A DNA stretch of 64,000 bases from Dehalococcoidia bacterium (GCA_965204905.1 OZ242042.1:898778-962777); one strand, 5' to 3'. Positions 37,918 through 47,283 are shown, counted from the stretch's first letter. Notes: generated by a model from the sequence alone, not told the origin. Made by a program: numbers and translations.

Positions 37918-38005
37918 CTCAGACGGGCTCAGTTGGGCTGCATGGCCGTACCGGCCCGGGGCGGGTAGGATAAAGGGGTTTCAGGCGAAACGGTAGTGTC
38001 TGGGG
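37918..38005 (+). repeat. C-type structured repeat (orphan, B gene lost)
   Basis: CTCAGACGGGCTCAGTTGGG...GGGTAGGATAAAGG...GCGAAACGGTAGTGTCTGGGG. Confidence 0.7.
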
Positions 38006-38160
38006 TTGCGGAGGCGGGCTGTTTATCGGGGTGCCGGGTATTGGAACGGGCGGCTCGAGTGGGCCGCCCTATCGTGTGAGTGGGTTTGGTTGGTGTGATC
38101 TCGGGACGGGGACGGTGTTGGGTTCGGAGCCTTACGACACGGGTATCTTGGTGGCGTTGG

Positions 38161-38621
38161 TCATGCTTCCCCTGCCGGTGTCCTTGATGGCTCGACCGGG
38201 TATATGTAGCCGGTGCCGTCCATGGTGGCGTTTTCGGCGTGGGTGATCAAGGTGGCGATTATGGTGGTGCTGGGGCGAATGCGACACCGGCACGATTGGA
38301 TCTTTGTTGGTCCTGTTCGTTGCTGTGGGCGAGGACGTACGTTGAGCTGACGGTGCCGGGCAGACCCTCGGGGTCGTGGACGTGGTGTACGCTGTTGTAC
38401 TGATGCCTTCGCGCCAACGGGATTGGTCAACCAGCGGTTAGGTCGCTGGTTGGGGTGAACCCTGCGCGCGGAATATGGTCGGTATAGCCGGCGTAGTCGG
38501 GACGGTCGTGGATGCTGACCCTGCTCAGTCCCAGGTGTTGGTGCAGGCGCCAATGCCGTTCGTGTCGACGTCGCTCCAGTTGAATCTTGCCTTGGCCGAC
38601 AGTCGGGAGGTGGGCGGGCAA
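38161..38621 (-). pseudogene. Degraded Fn3-type gene (paralog of 47482-47931)
   Basis: About 460 nt alignable by eye with 47482-47931. The coding frame switches between copies, and the ending NATMDGTGYIYPVEP resembles the Fn3 tail TTYIYRVEA of 50722-51576. Confidence 0.4.
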
Positions 38622-38638
38622 TATGAGTGGCTTGGGCT

Positions 38639-38728
38639 GCGCTCAGGCGGGCCCGCTTTGGTTTTGTGCTCGTTGGGCACGGGAAGACGCCGAGTAAGCC
38701 GCGGCGCCAAACGGTGGCGTCTGGGCGC
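38639..38728 (+). repeat. E-type structured repeat
   Basis: GCGCTCAGGCGGGCCCGCTTTGG...GCCAAACGGTGGCGTCTGGGCGC. Confidence 0.7.
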
Positions 38729-39061
38729 GTGCTGACTGGCCCGGTTGGACGGGACTGGGCGTTCGACGCCGCCTTGGGTCGTGTAAATGTCGGGGCGGCG
38801 GTTGCGTCAGGCTGGGCCGTCCGTTTTGCGGGCGGTAGAAGTCGTCATGCTGGGCGAGCGTGTGGTTGTGGCGTCGTGCTTGGTTGTGGGGTCGACTTTG
38901 ACCGGGGCGCGGACGTGGAAACGGCTGCCCCATTGATAGGAGCGGCCGGCGTCGCGGTGATCGGTGCCGTGTTGATTGTGCCGGTTGCGGATGGCGAAGC
39001 GTGACGGCCCGGCGTCATCGGATCGCGAGCCGGGCGTTCTCGGCTTGCTGGTGGCGGAGCG

Positions 39062-39144
39062 TTCAGGCGGGCTGGTTTGGCCTGCTGGGTCCGTGGTGGC
39101 CCATGCAGCGTATGAGCGGTTGAGGCCAAACGGGGGAGTCTGGG
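39062..39144 (+). repeat. C-type structured repeat (diverged)
   Basis: TTCAGGCGGGCTGGTTTGG...GCCAAACGGGGGAGTCTGGG. Confidence 0.55.
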
Positions 39145-39510
39145 TTAGCTATGGCGCCTTCGTTCGCGTCAGACGAGACTGAGACATGGGGGATTGTTCC
39201 GGAGCAATTGGATGCCCTGGTTGGCTTGGGCGTGCCGCGGATTAGCCCGAATCCACCGAAGGGATGCGGTGGGGCTGGTCAGACGGGGTATGAAAGATCA
39301 GTGGAAGGGCCGGCAGGGGTTTGATCCCGATGGATTGGTATAAGTGCCGAGTGTGTCAGGGGAGCGATGGGGGGTTTTTGGCGGGTCGCGGTGCCGGTGG
39401 CAGGCGAGATCAGCATGCCGATTACATCAGGAGACACGCGGGGACTAGCCTGGTGCAGATTTGCGAGGCAGTTGGACAGTCTGGCAGTCGGGTGAGACGC
39501 TGTTGGGCGA

Positions 39511-39860
39511 TCAGGAGGGTAGAGGCAGGGCGCGCAATCGGGCCAGAGCGCTGCTGAACTGGTTCTGCCAGGGCTAGCCTTGGGGCAGATGCAAAGTGAG
39601 GCGGCGGGCCGAGCGAGTGATGCGTCCGGCCAGGGAGAAGAAACGTCGTCGGGGGGTCTTGGTGGTTGCCACCGGCTCACCCAGCCCGATGCGCGTCCTC
39701 CAGCGTGCCAAGTTGTGCGCGATGCCCCCGTTTCGAGTATGGGGCAGGCTCTGTACGGCCAGCCAAGCGGCGTTGGCGGTAAAGCGTCCCGAGGGTTCGA
39801 AGCTGTTCGGGCAATGTTGCAGGCCCGGTTCCGGGGATGTTCGAGTCTGAGTAGCGAAAC
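39511..39860 (-). pseudogene. IS1380-family transposase, C-terminal part only
   Basis: GRFTANAAWLAV..AHNLARW..GLGEPVATTKTPRRRFFSLAGRITRSARRLTLHLPQG*PWQNQF. An in-frame TAG at 39574-39576 replaces Trp. The N-terminal part is deleted up to motif M2. Confidence 0.65.
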
Positions 39861-40012
39861 GGCCTATCTTGTTTGCCAGGTGGATTGAAAGTCTTTTCGA
39901 TTGGCGGTATTGTAGATCCACGTGAACCCATCAGGGTCCTCCTCGATATCAGAGGGCACAAGGAGCCTGGTGACTTGAACCCCGGGGCGTTGGTTTAGCC
40001 GACGCCCCGTAC
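39849..40012 (+). other. Conserved ~165-nt unit X1 (starts with motif M2, ends in a hairpin)
   Basis: Aligns by eye with 54854-55020. Hairpin GGGGCGTTGG-tttag-CCGACGCCCC at 39984-40008. Confidence 0.55.
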
Positions 40013-40045
40013 CTATGGGCTAATCCTGCGCCGCCGGGGTAGTAG

Positions 40046-40225
<180 letters not shown>

Positions 40226-40272
40226 AATGCGGTAACGTAACGAATATGACCCTTCGCCAGGTATTAGCCCGA

Positions 40273-41901
40273 TCAAGATTGGACGCCGATGATCTTGTCC
40301 CAGTCGGTTGACTGCTGGTAGGCGTAGGCGGCCCTCATGAGGAGCGGGTCGTCGAAGTAGCGGCCGACCAGCTGCATGCTGACTGGGAGACCAGCTGACG
40401 ACTTGCCCACGGGAAGGGCGAGGGCTGGATGCCCGGTGTAGTTGAAGGGCAGAGTGTTGTGAGAGACGCTCGAGTTCACCGTCGCCAGGTTCTCCTCCAC
40501 GGCCTCCAGGTAGCTACCCGGAGTTTGGTTCTTGGGCGCCGTCATGATGCATGTGGGCATCACGAGCACGTCGAGGTTAGCAAGTACGGCGTCATAGGCT
40601 TTGATGTAGGTGGGACGCACATTCTGGGCCTTGGCGTACACCCGGCCGTGGTAGTTGCGCCGGCTCAACTCGGCGGCGATGAGCGACAGCTTGCTGCGTG
40701 GCGCAAGCACGTCGGCCTGAGAGGCCCACAGCTTGTTAATGGCGGCGATGACGGAGGCGGGGTAGTAGGTCCGGGCGAAGGCGCCGAAGAACCCAGTTTT
40801 AAAAATGGCGAGGGCGCCTTCGCCCGTGAGCGCGGCCTGGGCCGCGCGGATGGTGTGGTGCTCCGGGACGGACACCTGGGATACGTCGGCACCTGCCTCT
40901 GCGAGGACGTCGACCGCCGCCATCACCAGGTCGCGCACATCGGCCTCGGCATCGTCGAAGCCCTCCTCGAGCACCCCGATGCGCAGCCCGGACACACCGT
41001 CGGCCAGCCGGCCGAGCAGGTCAATGCTGGTGGGGACGTTTCGTGTCTGGCGGGGATCGTAAGGGTCGTAACCCGCCGTGGCCTGGAGGGTAGCCGCTGC
41101 ATCCTCCACGGTACGGGTCAACGGACCCGTGTAGTCGATGCTCTGGTCCGAGCCGAAGCCGATACCGAAATGCGACAGCAATCCGAAGGTGGGCTTGTGT
41201 CCGACGATGCCGGAGAAAGCCGCCGGGATACGGATGGAGCCGCCCTGGTCGCCGCCGAAGGAGATGTCCACATCCCCGGCGGCCACGGCCGCGGCGGAGC
41301 CCGAGGACGAACCGCCGGTCACGTGATGGTGGTCGTGGGGATTGAGGGGACGGCCGTAGTCGCCGATGGCGCCGCCGGTGCCGAAGCCTCCACTCAGGCC
41401 GTTCATGACGTTCTTGCCGATGATCGTGCCCCCCTCCTTCAGCACCCGGGTGACGACAGTTGCGTCGAAGTCGGGGATGAAGCCTTCGAGGGCGAAGGAG
41501 CCGAAGCTCATGGGTATGCCTGCCACGGCGATGTGGTCCTTGTAACTGACTGTCTTGCCGGCAAGCAGACCTTCGGCCGCCCCTTCGATTCGGCATTTCC
41601 ACATCCAGGCGTTGAGTGGGTCTTCTTCCGCGCTCGGCCGGTACCCGGGCTCGCGGGCGGTAGAGACCATCGGAGGTTTGGGCTCCTCCAACCGGGCCTG
41701 CACGAAGGTGTCCAACTGTCCCAGCTGTTCCACCAGGTACTTCTGGTACGTAACGGCCTCATCGGGACTCAGGTGAATCCCCAACTCCTTGGCCACGGCC
41801 ACCACTTCATCGACGTCAGGTGCTGCGTACATGAGGCTCTTCTCCTCTGACTGTAGACTTCCTGGATCGGCGGGATTTGAATCGAGATTTTCTATTTCCA
41901 C
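40273..41901 (-). CDS. Amidase-signature family enzyme (GatA-like amidase)
   Basis: GGSSSGSAAAVAAG signature and 542 aa from a GTG start. An alternative ATG lies at 41832. Confidence 0.9.
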   Translation of the reverse strand: MEIENLDSNPADPGSLQSEEKSLMYAAPDVDEVVAVAKELGIHLSPDEAVTYQKYLVEQLGQLDTFVQARLEEPKPPMVSTAREPGYRPSAEEDPLNAWMWKCRIEGAAEGLLAGKTVSYKDHIAVAGIPMSFGSFALEGFIPDFDATVVTRVLKEGGTIIGKNVMNGLSGGFGTGGAIGDYGRPLNPHDHHHVTGGSSSGSAAAVAAGDVDISFGGDQGGSIRIPAAFSGIVGHKPTFGLLSHFGIGFGSDQSIDYTGPLTRTVEDAAATLQATAGYDPYDPRQTRNVPTSIDLLGRLADGVSGLRIGVLEEGFDDAEADVRDLVMAAVDVLAEAGADVSQVSVPEHHTIRAAQAALTGEGALAIFKTGFFGAFARTYYPASVIAAINKLWASQADVLAPRSKLSLIAAELSRRNYHGRVYAKAQNVRPTYIKAYDAVLANLDVLVMPTCIMTAPKNQTPGSYLEAVEENLATVNSSVSHNTLPFNYTGHPALALPVGKSSAGLPVSMQLVGRYFDDPLLMRAAYAYQQSTDWDKIIGVQS

Positions 41902-42047
41902 CGGTCCCGGCCTTATCTGATGAAACGAGGGGAGAGTACGCCCGCCCCTGGAAGCCTGTCAACAATCATCCCCCCGCCTTCAGGTTCGATTTCACTCTTC
42001 CCCAGCTTATGCGAGCATTATTCATGGTCATACAGAACCACGGTAAG

Positions 42048-42380
42048 CCACGGCGCGGCACCGTCCGATGGAGTAGCCGTGGGTCGGCCTGTCTCGAGTC
42101 TATGGGGCGGTGCGTTGGGGTCGCGCTATGGGCGGCTGTCATCAAAAACTTGGCCGCCCCGTTGGTCAGGGCGGCCGGTGTCGCGGTTGGTCCGCGACGG
42201 GTCCATTGTGTCAGTTGTGGGCTCAGGTCCGCTACGGCTTGGTGTCATCAGATTGCCGCTCTGATGCCGCTGTCTTCGCTATCGAGGGACGCGCGCCCAG
42301 ACGGGCTGTGCTGGCTTGTCGGGTCTGCCGTGTCCCATCGTTGGGTAACCGCGTTTTGGCCGAAATGGGAGTGTGTGGGG
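42048..42380 (-). promoter_or_regulatory. Family A leader copy (UCR-A4) with no Cas4-like gene, about 150 nt upstream of the amidase; includes a C-type repeat at 42296-42380
   Basis: Aligns with UCR-A1/A3 over its whole length and even retains the CCAC (GTG start) remnant at 42048. Confidence 0.6.
42141..42176 (-). terminator. Intrinsic terminator in UCR-A4
   Basis: Same hairpin and U5 tract as UCR-A3. Confidence 0.55.
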
Positions 42381-42571
42381 TCGTCGTGTCACGTCGGAGG
42401 GTTGCCTGCCGGGTAGCAATAGGTGCGGCTCATAACTGGCCGCCCTTGGGTGTCAATCAGGGAGATTTCGTTACTCCGATCCCAGATCGTTCTCGTAAGG
42501 GACTGTCCAGCAATCTGACAGGTTTCGTAACCGGCCGGGCGGTTTCTCAGGAACACGCTCTGGTTGCATGC

Positions 42572-42943
42572 TCACTGGCCAGTCTCGTCGCTGATCACCT
42601 GGCGCAGTTGGACGATGCCTTGTGTCGTTGCCCGCCGTGCGGTCCTGAGTTCTGTTGGGCTCAGGTTGGCTTGGTAGAAGTGGGAATGCAGTCTTTCGGC
42701 GGCTGCCCAGTCCGAAACCCACCGTTCTGAACCCTGCAGGTCGCGCAGGTTGGTTGCAGTGTTGCGGTACGTTCCGTGGCTCAATGCCGGCCATCCTCTG
42801 AGTTCTGACACGGCCAGCGATAGTTGGGCATAGGCCCCCCACAGTAGTTCGGCGGCAATCATGGTGTTGCCGCCGGGGTTGAATTCTTGGTTGGAGCGTT
42901 CCATGAACTCCATGCTGGCGTCGAGCCGCTGCTGGGTGTTCAT
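42572..42943 (-). CDS. Hypothetical helical protein, PaREP1/HEPN-like pattern
   Basis: AAELLWGAYAQLSLAVSELRGWPALSH. 4-nt overlap with the upstream gene. Confidence 0.4.
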   Translation of the reverse strand: MNTQQRLDASMEFMERSNQEFNPGGNTMIAAELLWGAYAQLSLAVSELRGWPALSHGTYRNTATNLRDLQGSERWVSDWAAAERLHSHFYQANLSPTELRTARRATTQGIVQLRQVISDETGQ

Positions 42944-43632
42944 GCGGTTGCCCGCCTCTCGGCGTTCAGGTGGTTCGCCAGCTGGATGGCTCGCCTGGCG
43001 AAATTCCTGGCGTCTTCGTCGGAGCCGTTTTCGCTGTCGTATCCCATGCTGAACTTTACCAAGTCGGGCTGGGCCATGGCGGCGCTGAACGCGCTGGTCA
43101 GGTTATGGCCTAACTCTGATGAGTCGGCTAAGGCTTGGTGAACATCCCAGGTGATTTCTGGGTTCCGCCCAGTTGCCAGTAGTTCGACAGCTTCGTGGAC
43201 TCCGTCTTCGTCGTGGGACCAACCGTTTCGGGCGGCGATGGCGGCTATGGAACATATCACGGCGCTGGCCAGGCTTTCCGTGGCTTGCTGGTGTTGCATA
43301 TCCAGAAAATACAGGTCGGCTCGACTGAAGTAGTGAGTGGCTCGCTCGGTGGCGACTTCGTCTATGGTGTCGCTGAACTTATCTGCGACTGGAGCGTAGT
43401 CACGTTGGCTGTGCTGGTGCATTTGGGGGTGTATGGCGCCCTTCGTTGCTACGGCCGCCATGTGGGCGGCGTTGAGGGCGTCGGTGATCGGACGGCGGCT
43501 CTTGCTCACATCAACCCTTGCCAGCAGGTTATTCCGCAGTCTGTCGGCTTCGGCGGCGTTGACGGTGCCGACTTCCTTCTCGTAGGCGGCGATGGCGACG
43601 CGTTCCGCCAGGTCCAAGATGGTTTCATTCAT
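42940..43632 (-). CDS. Hypothetical helical protein, second PaREP1/HEPN-like pattern
   Basis: ATESLASAVICSIAAIAARNGWSHDEDGVH. Confidence 0.4.
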   Translation of the reverse strand: MNETILDLAERVAIAAYEKEVGTVNAAEADRLRNNLLARVDVSKSRRPITDALNAAHMAAVATKGAIHPQMHQHSQRDYAPVADKFSDTIDEVATERATHYFSRADLYFLDMQHQQATESLASAVICSIAAIAARNGWSHDEDGVHEAVELLATGRNPEITWDVHQALADSSELGHNLTSAFSAAMAQPDLVKFSMGYDSENGSDEDARNFARRAIQLANHLNAERRATA

Positions 43633-44103
43633 GCTGGTCTGCTCCCGTATGATGCGGGCCGCGTCGGTTTGGCAAGCCTCGAGTTTTGGCGACGCCCTTG
43701 ACCAACTGGAGCCGGCTGGTCAGTTCTTTTCGGGGGCTTGGTGGACATCGCGGTGGGCAAGTTCGGCGCGGGCTTGAACTCGTAGCTGACGGCAGTTTGT
43801 AACTAGAGTAACCTTTTTGCAACGGTTTGGTCAGTCTATATTCCCTACAATGGCCACGCCGGCGGGAAGTAACGCATCCCGCCGGCTGGACGGATGGAAT
43901 GAGGTTGTCATCCGCCCCGTCCAGAGGGCCGGGTCCGGCAAGGAACCGGCACTTGAAATTTGAAAGTCATCTGGCTCCGTGCGTTCCGCATGGTTCGGAC
44001 TCGTCCCACACCGCGTTTACCGGGTTCCGATGCGCCACAGCGCCAGGCGCACCAAACCGGCAAACGACTGACCGCATTCCTTATCGGCGAAAATCGACAG
44101 GCC

Positions 44104-44523
44104 CTACGGCGATCGCCGGGGCGGTCGTCCTTGGTCTTCAAGGTCCTGGCACTGGCGGCAGGTGTCGGCGAGGGTGCCGTCGGGGAGTATGGTCTTCTCG
44201 TTGCCGCAGTCGCAGGTTCGCTCCAGGATCTGGAGAGCGAGGTCGAACTCCCGGGTGCGGTTGTCGGCGGCGGCGCAGTGTTCGCGCTTGAGTTTGTCGT
44301 ACTTCAGGGCGAACCGGGCGTAGGCGGTTTGACGCTTGTTGGCCTTGATGTCGGAGCGGCCTTTGGAGACCCACTTGCCGAGGGTGGTGGGGGACAGGGC
44401 GACGCCGTACTCGCTGACCTGTCTGATGACGTCGTGGTAGGTGCCGTCGGTATCGGGGAGGGCGCGCAGGACGGCGGCGATGTTCGGAGCGGTGAATCGT
44501 GCGGTCTTGTTATCGTTGGCCAT
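44104..44523 (-). CDS. Small HTH + zinc-ribbon protein (family B, copy B2)
   Basis: 139 aa. TLGKWVSKGRSDIKANKRQTAYARFA and CDCGNEK..CRQC. Confidence 0.7.
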   Translation of the reverse strand: MANDNKTARFTAPNIAAVLRALPDTDGTYHDVIRQVSEYGVALSPTTLGKWVSKGRSDIKANKRQTAYARFALKYDKLKREHCAAADNRTREFDLALQILERTCDCGNEKTILPDGTLADTCRQCQDLEDQGRPPRRSP

Positions 44524-44570
44524 GGTGTCCTCCTGGCAGTCTTCGTTCTCTCCTCCAGGTGGGACTTGTG

Positions 44571-44656
44571 CTCAGCCGGGCTGGTTTGGCCTATTTGGCC
44601 GTACGGGCCCGTGGGGTAGGATAACGGTGTTTGGGGCGAAATGGTAGCGTCTCGGG
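44571..44656 (+). repeat. C-type structured repeat, 5' of B2
   Basis: CTCAGCCGGGCTGGTTTGG...GGGTAGGATAACGG...GCGAAATGGTAGCGTCTCGGG. Confidence 0.7.
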
Positions 44657-44666
44657 TTGCTTACCA

Positions 44667-44682
44667 GGCGATTTCGCTACTC
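44667..44682 (-). repeat. Junction motif copy M3
   Basis: Plus strand GGCGATTTCGCTACTC, reverse complement GAGTAGCGAAATCGCC. Confidence 0.6.
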
Positions 44683-44777
44683 CAAAGTAGGCGTGCCTAC
44701 CGGGTCTTCGAGTGAGGTGCACATGGTACCTACCGACATACTTCAGAGGTTGCTCAGACGGCGGAAAATGAAAAGAG

Positions 44778-45041
44778 GTGAATGGCATGGATTTTGTGAT
44801 AGTCATGATCGTCGGAGCGATCTTGATCGCCACTACGGCCACAATCGCCAGTTCAATCGCAGGGCGGAAGGCGGCTGAGCGACAGCAGAGGTCGTTCAAT
44901 GATGACCGGATCGTAGCCGAGGTCAGAATCAGGGTTACCTCCACCGTCGCTTGGATCTGGGCCACAGTGTGCACCGCTTTGTTCGGGAGCGGGGCCGTTT
45001 TGTACAAGGTCGGCGACATCGTTGCCGCTCTGTGCAGATAG
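44778..45041 (+). CDS. Small hypothetical membrane protein
   Basis: 87 aa with two hydrophobic helices. It lies between the inverted motif copies M3 and M4. Confidence 0.35.
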   Translation: MNGMDFVIVMIVGAILIATTATIASSIAGRKAAERQQRSFNDDRIVAEVRIRVTSTVAWIWATVCTALFGSGAVLYKVGDIVAALCR

Positions 45042-45116
45042 CTCGCACTTGGACGACGGGTCGGGATGCCGTTACTTGGATTGCCCTACCACACCAATTG
45101 TGAGGGCATACCGGCA

Positions 45117-45132
45117 GAGTAGCGAAATTTCC
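45117..45132 (+). repeat. Junction motif copy M4 (GAGTAGCGAAATTTCC)
   Basis: Exact consensus. Confidence 0.6.
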
Positions 45133-45970
45133 TACCAACGACAGAATTGCATATCTCGAAAGCCACCTGATCTGCGGCGCAACGCGGCCACCATCGCGAC
45201 GTTTTGCGTCACCCAATAACCCGTGCTCCACGAGCACGCACAGCGACCGCGGAGCCCAATCGCCCGCGGTCTGCTGTTTGACCTCAACGACCTGACAAGA
45301 TGACTCGTCCAGCCAAAACCGGATGACACCCCATGCTATGCCACCGCACATTAGGCGAATACAACGTGCAGGACCGGACAGTGCTGCCCCATCAAGGTAA
45401 CAAGGAGCCCAAATCCTTTCCACCTTGATCGCCGAACGCTACCAGCGCAGGTCGTCGGGCATCACCCCCAACCCGGCCATTTCGGAATGAGAACGTATCT
45501 TCGCGAACCGCATCGAACCGCCCCCGCCATCGGCCGGGTGATGCACCACGTCGTTATCCTGGAATTCGACGTACGCGGATACCAGACTGATGCAGCCCAC
45601 CAGCCAGGCCAGTCAGAGTAGGTGAACCCGCAAAATTAATCGACGGAAATTCGACAAATCTAGTTGACGCGGGACAGTCCTTCGCAGCCGAAAAGTGCGC
45701 CTTCCCACCAGCCGGAACGACTACGCCCACGCGCTGAATGACAGTCGTGAGGGCACGACCAACGTGTACCTCAGTCGCCCAACACATCAACCGGTTGGAC
45801 GCGAGGTCACCATCGTGATATGTTCCCTGCCGGGGCCTCCTTTACACCTCGGAACAGCTCATGTCCCTGATGGAAGGTAAGCCGCCCTGGCGAGAGCCCA
45901 CACCCAGGCAACCAGGCTGCTAGCAAGAGTTGGCAGACGGCGTGGCTCTTCGCGGCCAAGAGGTGCTAGA

Positions 45971-46732
45971 ATGCGCGACCAATTCGTCGGCGACGTGGGA
46001 GACTTCGGCAAGTACGGCCTGATCCGTCGCCTCACCGGGCTCACCGACCCCGAAAAGTCCGACCCCGCCCTAACACTAGGCGTGGTCTGGTACTACCGCG
46101 ACGACGAGCTCGACCCGCACAGCAAACACGGCAAGTTCGTCCGATACCTGTGCCCAACCAGCAAGAACAAGAAAGAGTACAAGGCCTGCGACCACGACCT
46201 GTGGAAGGAGCTCGGCAAACTGGTAAAGCCGGGGCATCGACGCGTTCATCGCGTCATGCAATCTCCAATCCTCCCCGCCGGCACCAAATACTTCCCCAAC
46301 AGGTTGGACTTCGCCGACACCAAGCAAAACGAGAAACCTGAACAATTTCGCGCCCGTTGGCTCCAAGAAGCGGCCCAGAAGGTCAGCGGAACAGACATCG
46401 TGTACCTTGATCCTGACGATGGGCTGCTGCCGGCATCCGCGAAACTACACACGGCGAAAGGCTGCAAATACGCCGATAAAGGCGACTTGCAAACTTTCCG
46501 AGAGCGTGGTCAAAGCGTCGTACTCTACCAGACTCAACGCGGCAAAAGCATAAAAAATCGGATCGCAGACATCAGGAAACTCTATCCTGATGCCATCGCC
46601 ATGTGGTTTCACCGAGGCAACGCACGGCTCTTCTTCATCCTCCCGCAAACCAAACATCGAAAGACCATAACCGACCGCATCGACCGAATGCTCAAAACCG
46701 ACTGGAAAAATCACTTCACCAAGTGTCCCTGA
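45971..46732 (+). CDS. Hypothetical 253-aa protein
   Basis: Clean ORF. The N-terminal FVGDVGDFGKYGLIRRL and the later IVYLDPDDGL faintly recall the RlmJ-type AGNxADxLKH and DPxx motifs. No confident family call. Confidence 0.6.
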   Translation: MRDQFVGDVGDFGKYGLIRRLTGLTDPEKSDPALTLGVVWYYRDDELDPHSKHGKFVRYLCPTSKNKKEYKACDHDLWKELGKLVKPGHRRVHRVMQSPILPAGTKYFPNRLDFADTKQNEKPEQFRARWLQEAAQKVSGTDIVYLDPDDGLLPASAKLHTAKGCKYADKGDLQTFRERGQSVVLYQTQRGKSIKNRIADIRKLYPDAIAMWFHRGNARLFFILPQTKHRKTITDRIDRMLKTDWKNHFTKCP

Positions 46733-46849
46733 CCAACGCACGCTCCATCCCGACGTCCATCACCCTCTCAAAATCACGGGATTCACACACCCATCGGGGC
46801 GACAATCCGCCTGAGGCGGATGCACCCACGAAATCACTCACCAACACCA

Positions 46850-46865
46850 GAGTAGCGAAATTTTC
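46850..46865 (+). repeat. Junction motif copy M5 (GAGTAGCGAAATTTTC)
   Basis: One mismatch. 118 nt after the stop of the 253-aa gene. Confidence 0.6.
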
Positions 46866-47124
46866 TAGTTGCTTACGGCTGCTGGTTTGACCTTGAGGTG
46901 CTGCCGGTGCGCGGGCGACCGGGATGATAGTTGCTGGTATGGCGAGCGTGGACAGTGCCGATAGTCCTGACGGTATCCATCAGTTCCGTTGAATGACGCG
47001 TTTTCCTCAACTCGTGATGTGTTCGGATCGCGGTGAAGAGTCGGTGTGAGGCAGGATGGTGCTGGCCATGGCTTTGGCCGGTTTGCGAGTTGGGAATGGG
47101 CCGACAATGTGGGGGTTCCGGGTT

Positions 47125-47215
47125 GCGCTCAGGCTCTCCCGTTTGAGCATTCTCGGTGTTGGGCGGGGGGAATTCGGTGAGCCCGCCGCGGTGCCAAACG
47201 TTAACGCCTGGCGTC
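47125..47215 (+). repeat. E-type structured repeat (degenerate)
   Basis: GCGCTCAGGCTCTCCCGTTTGAG...GTGCCAAACGTTAACGCCTGGCG. Confidence 0.5.
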
Positions 47216-47283
47216 GCGGTGGCGCGGCGCTGCGGCCGGCTTCCGGGTGTGAAAATGGCTGGGCAATGGGAGCTGCTTGGGCT

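Noticed and set aside
38161-38621. Two similar ~460-nt segments (38161-38621 and 47482-47931) at the 3' ends of Fn3-like genes suggested a diversity-generating retroelement VR/TR pair.
   Set aside because: Differences between the copies involve all four bases and indels rather than adenine-specific changes. No reverse transcriptase ORF is in the window, and the copies are 9 kb apart.
38627-39004. Plus-strand ORFs over the repeat regions (38627-39004, 47955-48242, 48154-48474, 7601-7870, 12819-13055, 31322-31684, 42110-42730).
   Set aside because: Reading frames are not conserved between homologous copies because of 1-nt indels. Third-codon positions are not GC-enriched, and the translations are Gly/Arg/Ala-rich.
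40429-41850. 473-aa plus-strand ORF.
   Set aside because: It lies entirely antisense to the amidase gene, which has a clear GGSSSGSAAAVAAG signature. The plus-strand translation is Gly/Arg/Val-rich low-complexity sequence typical of shadow ORFs in GC-rich DNA. The same reasoning applies to 22755-23711, 24846-25487, 5267-5800, 11034-11642, 53065-53745 and 57048-57914.
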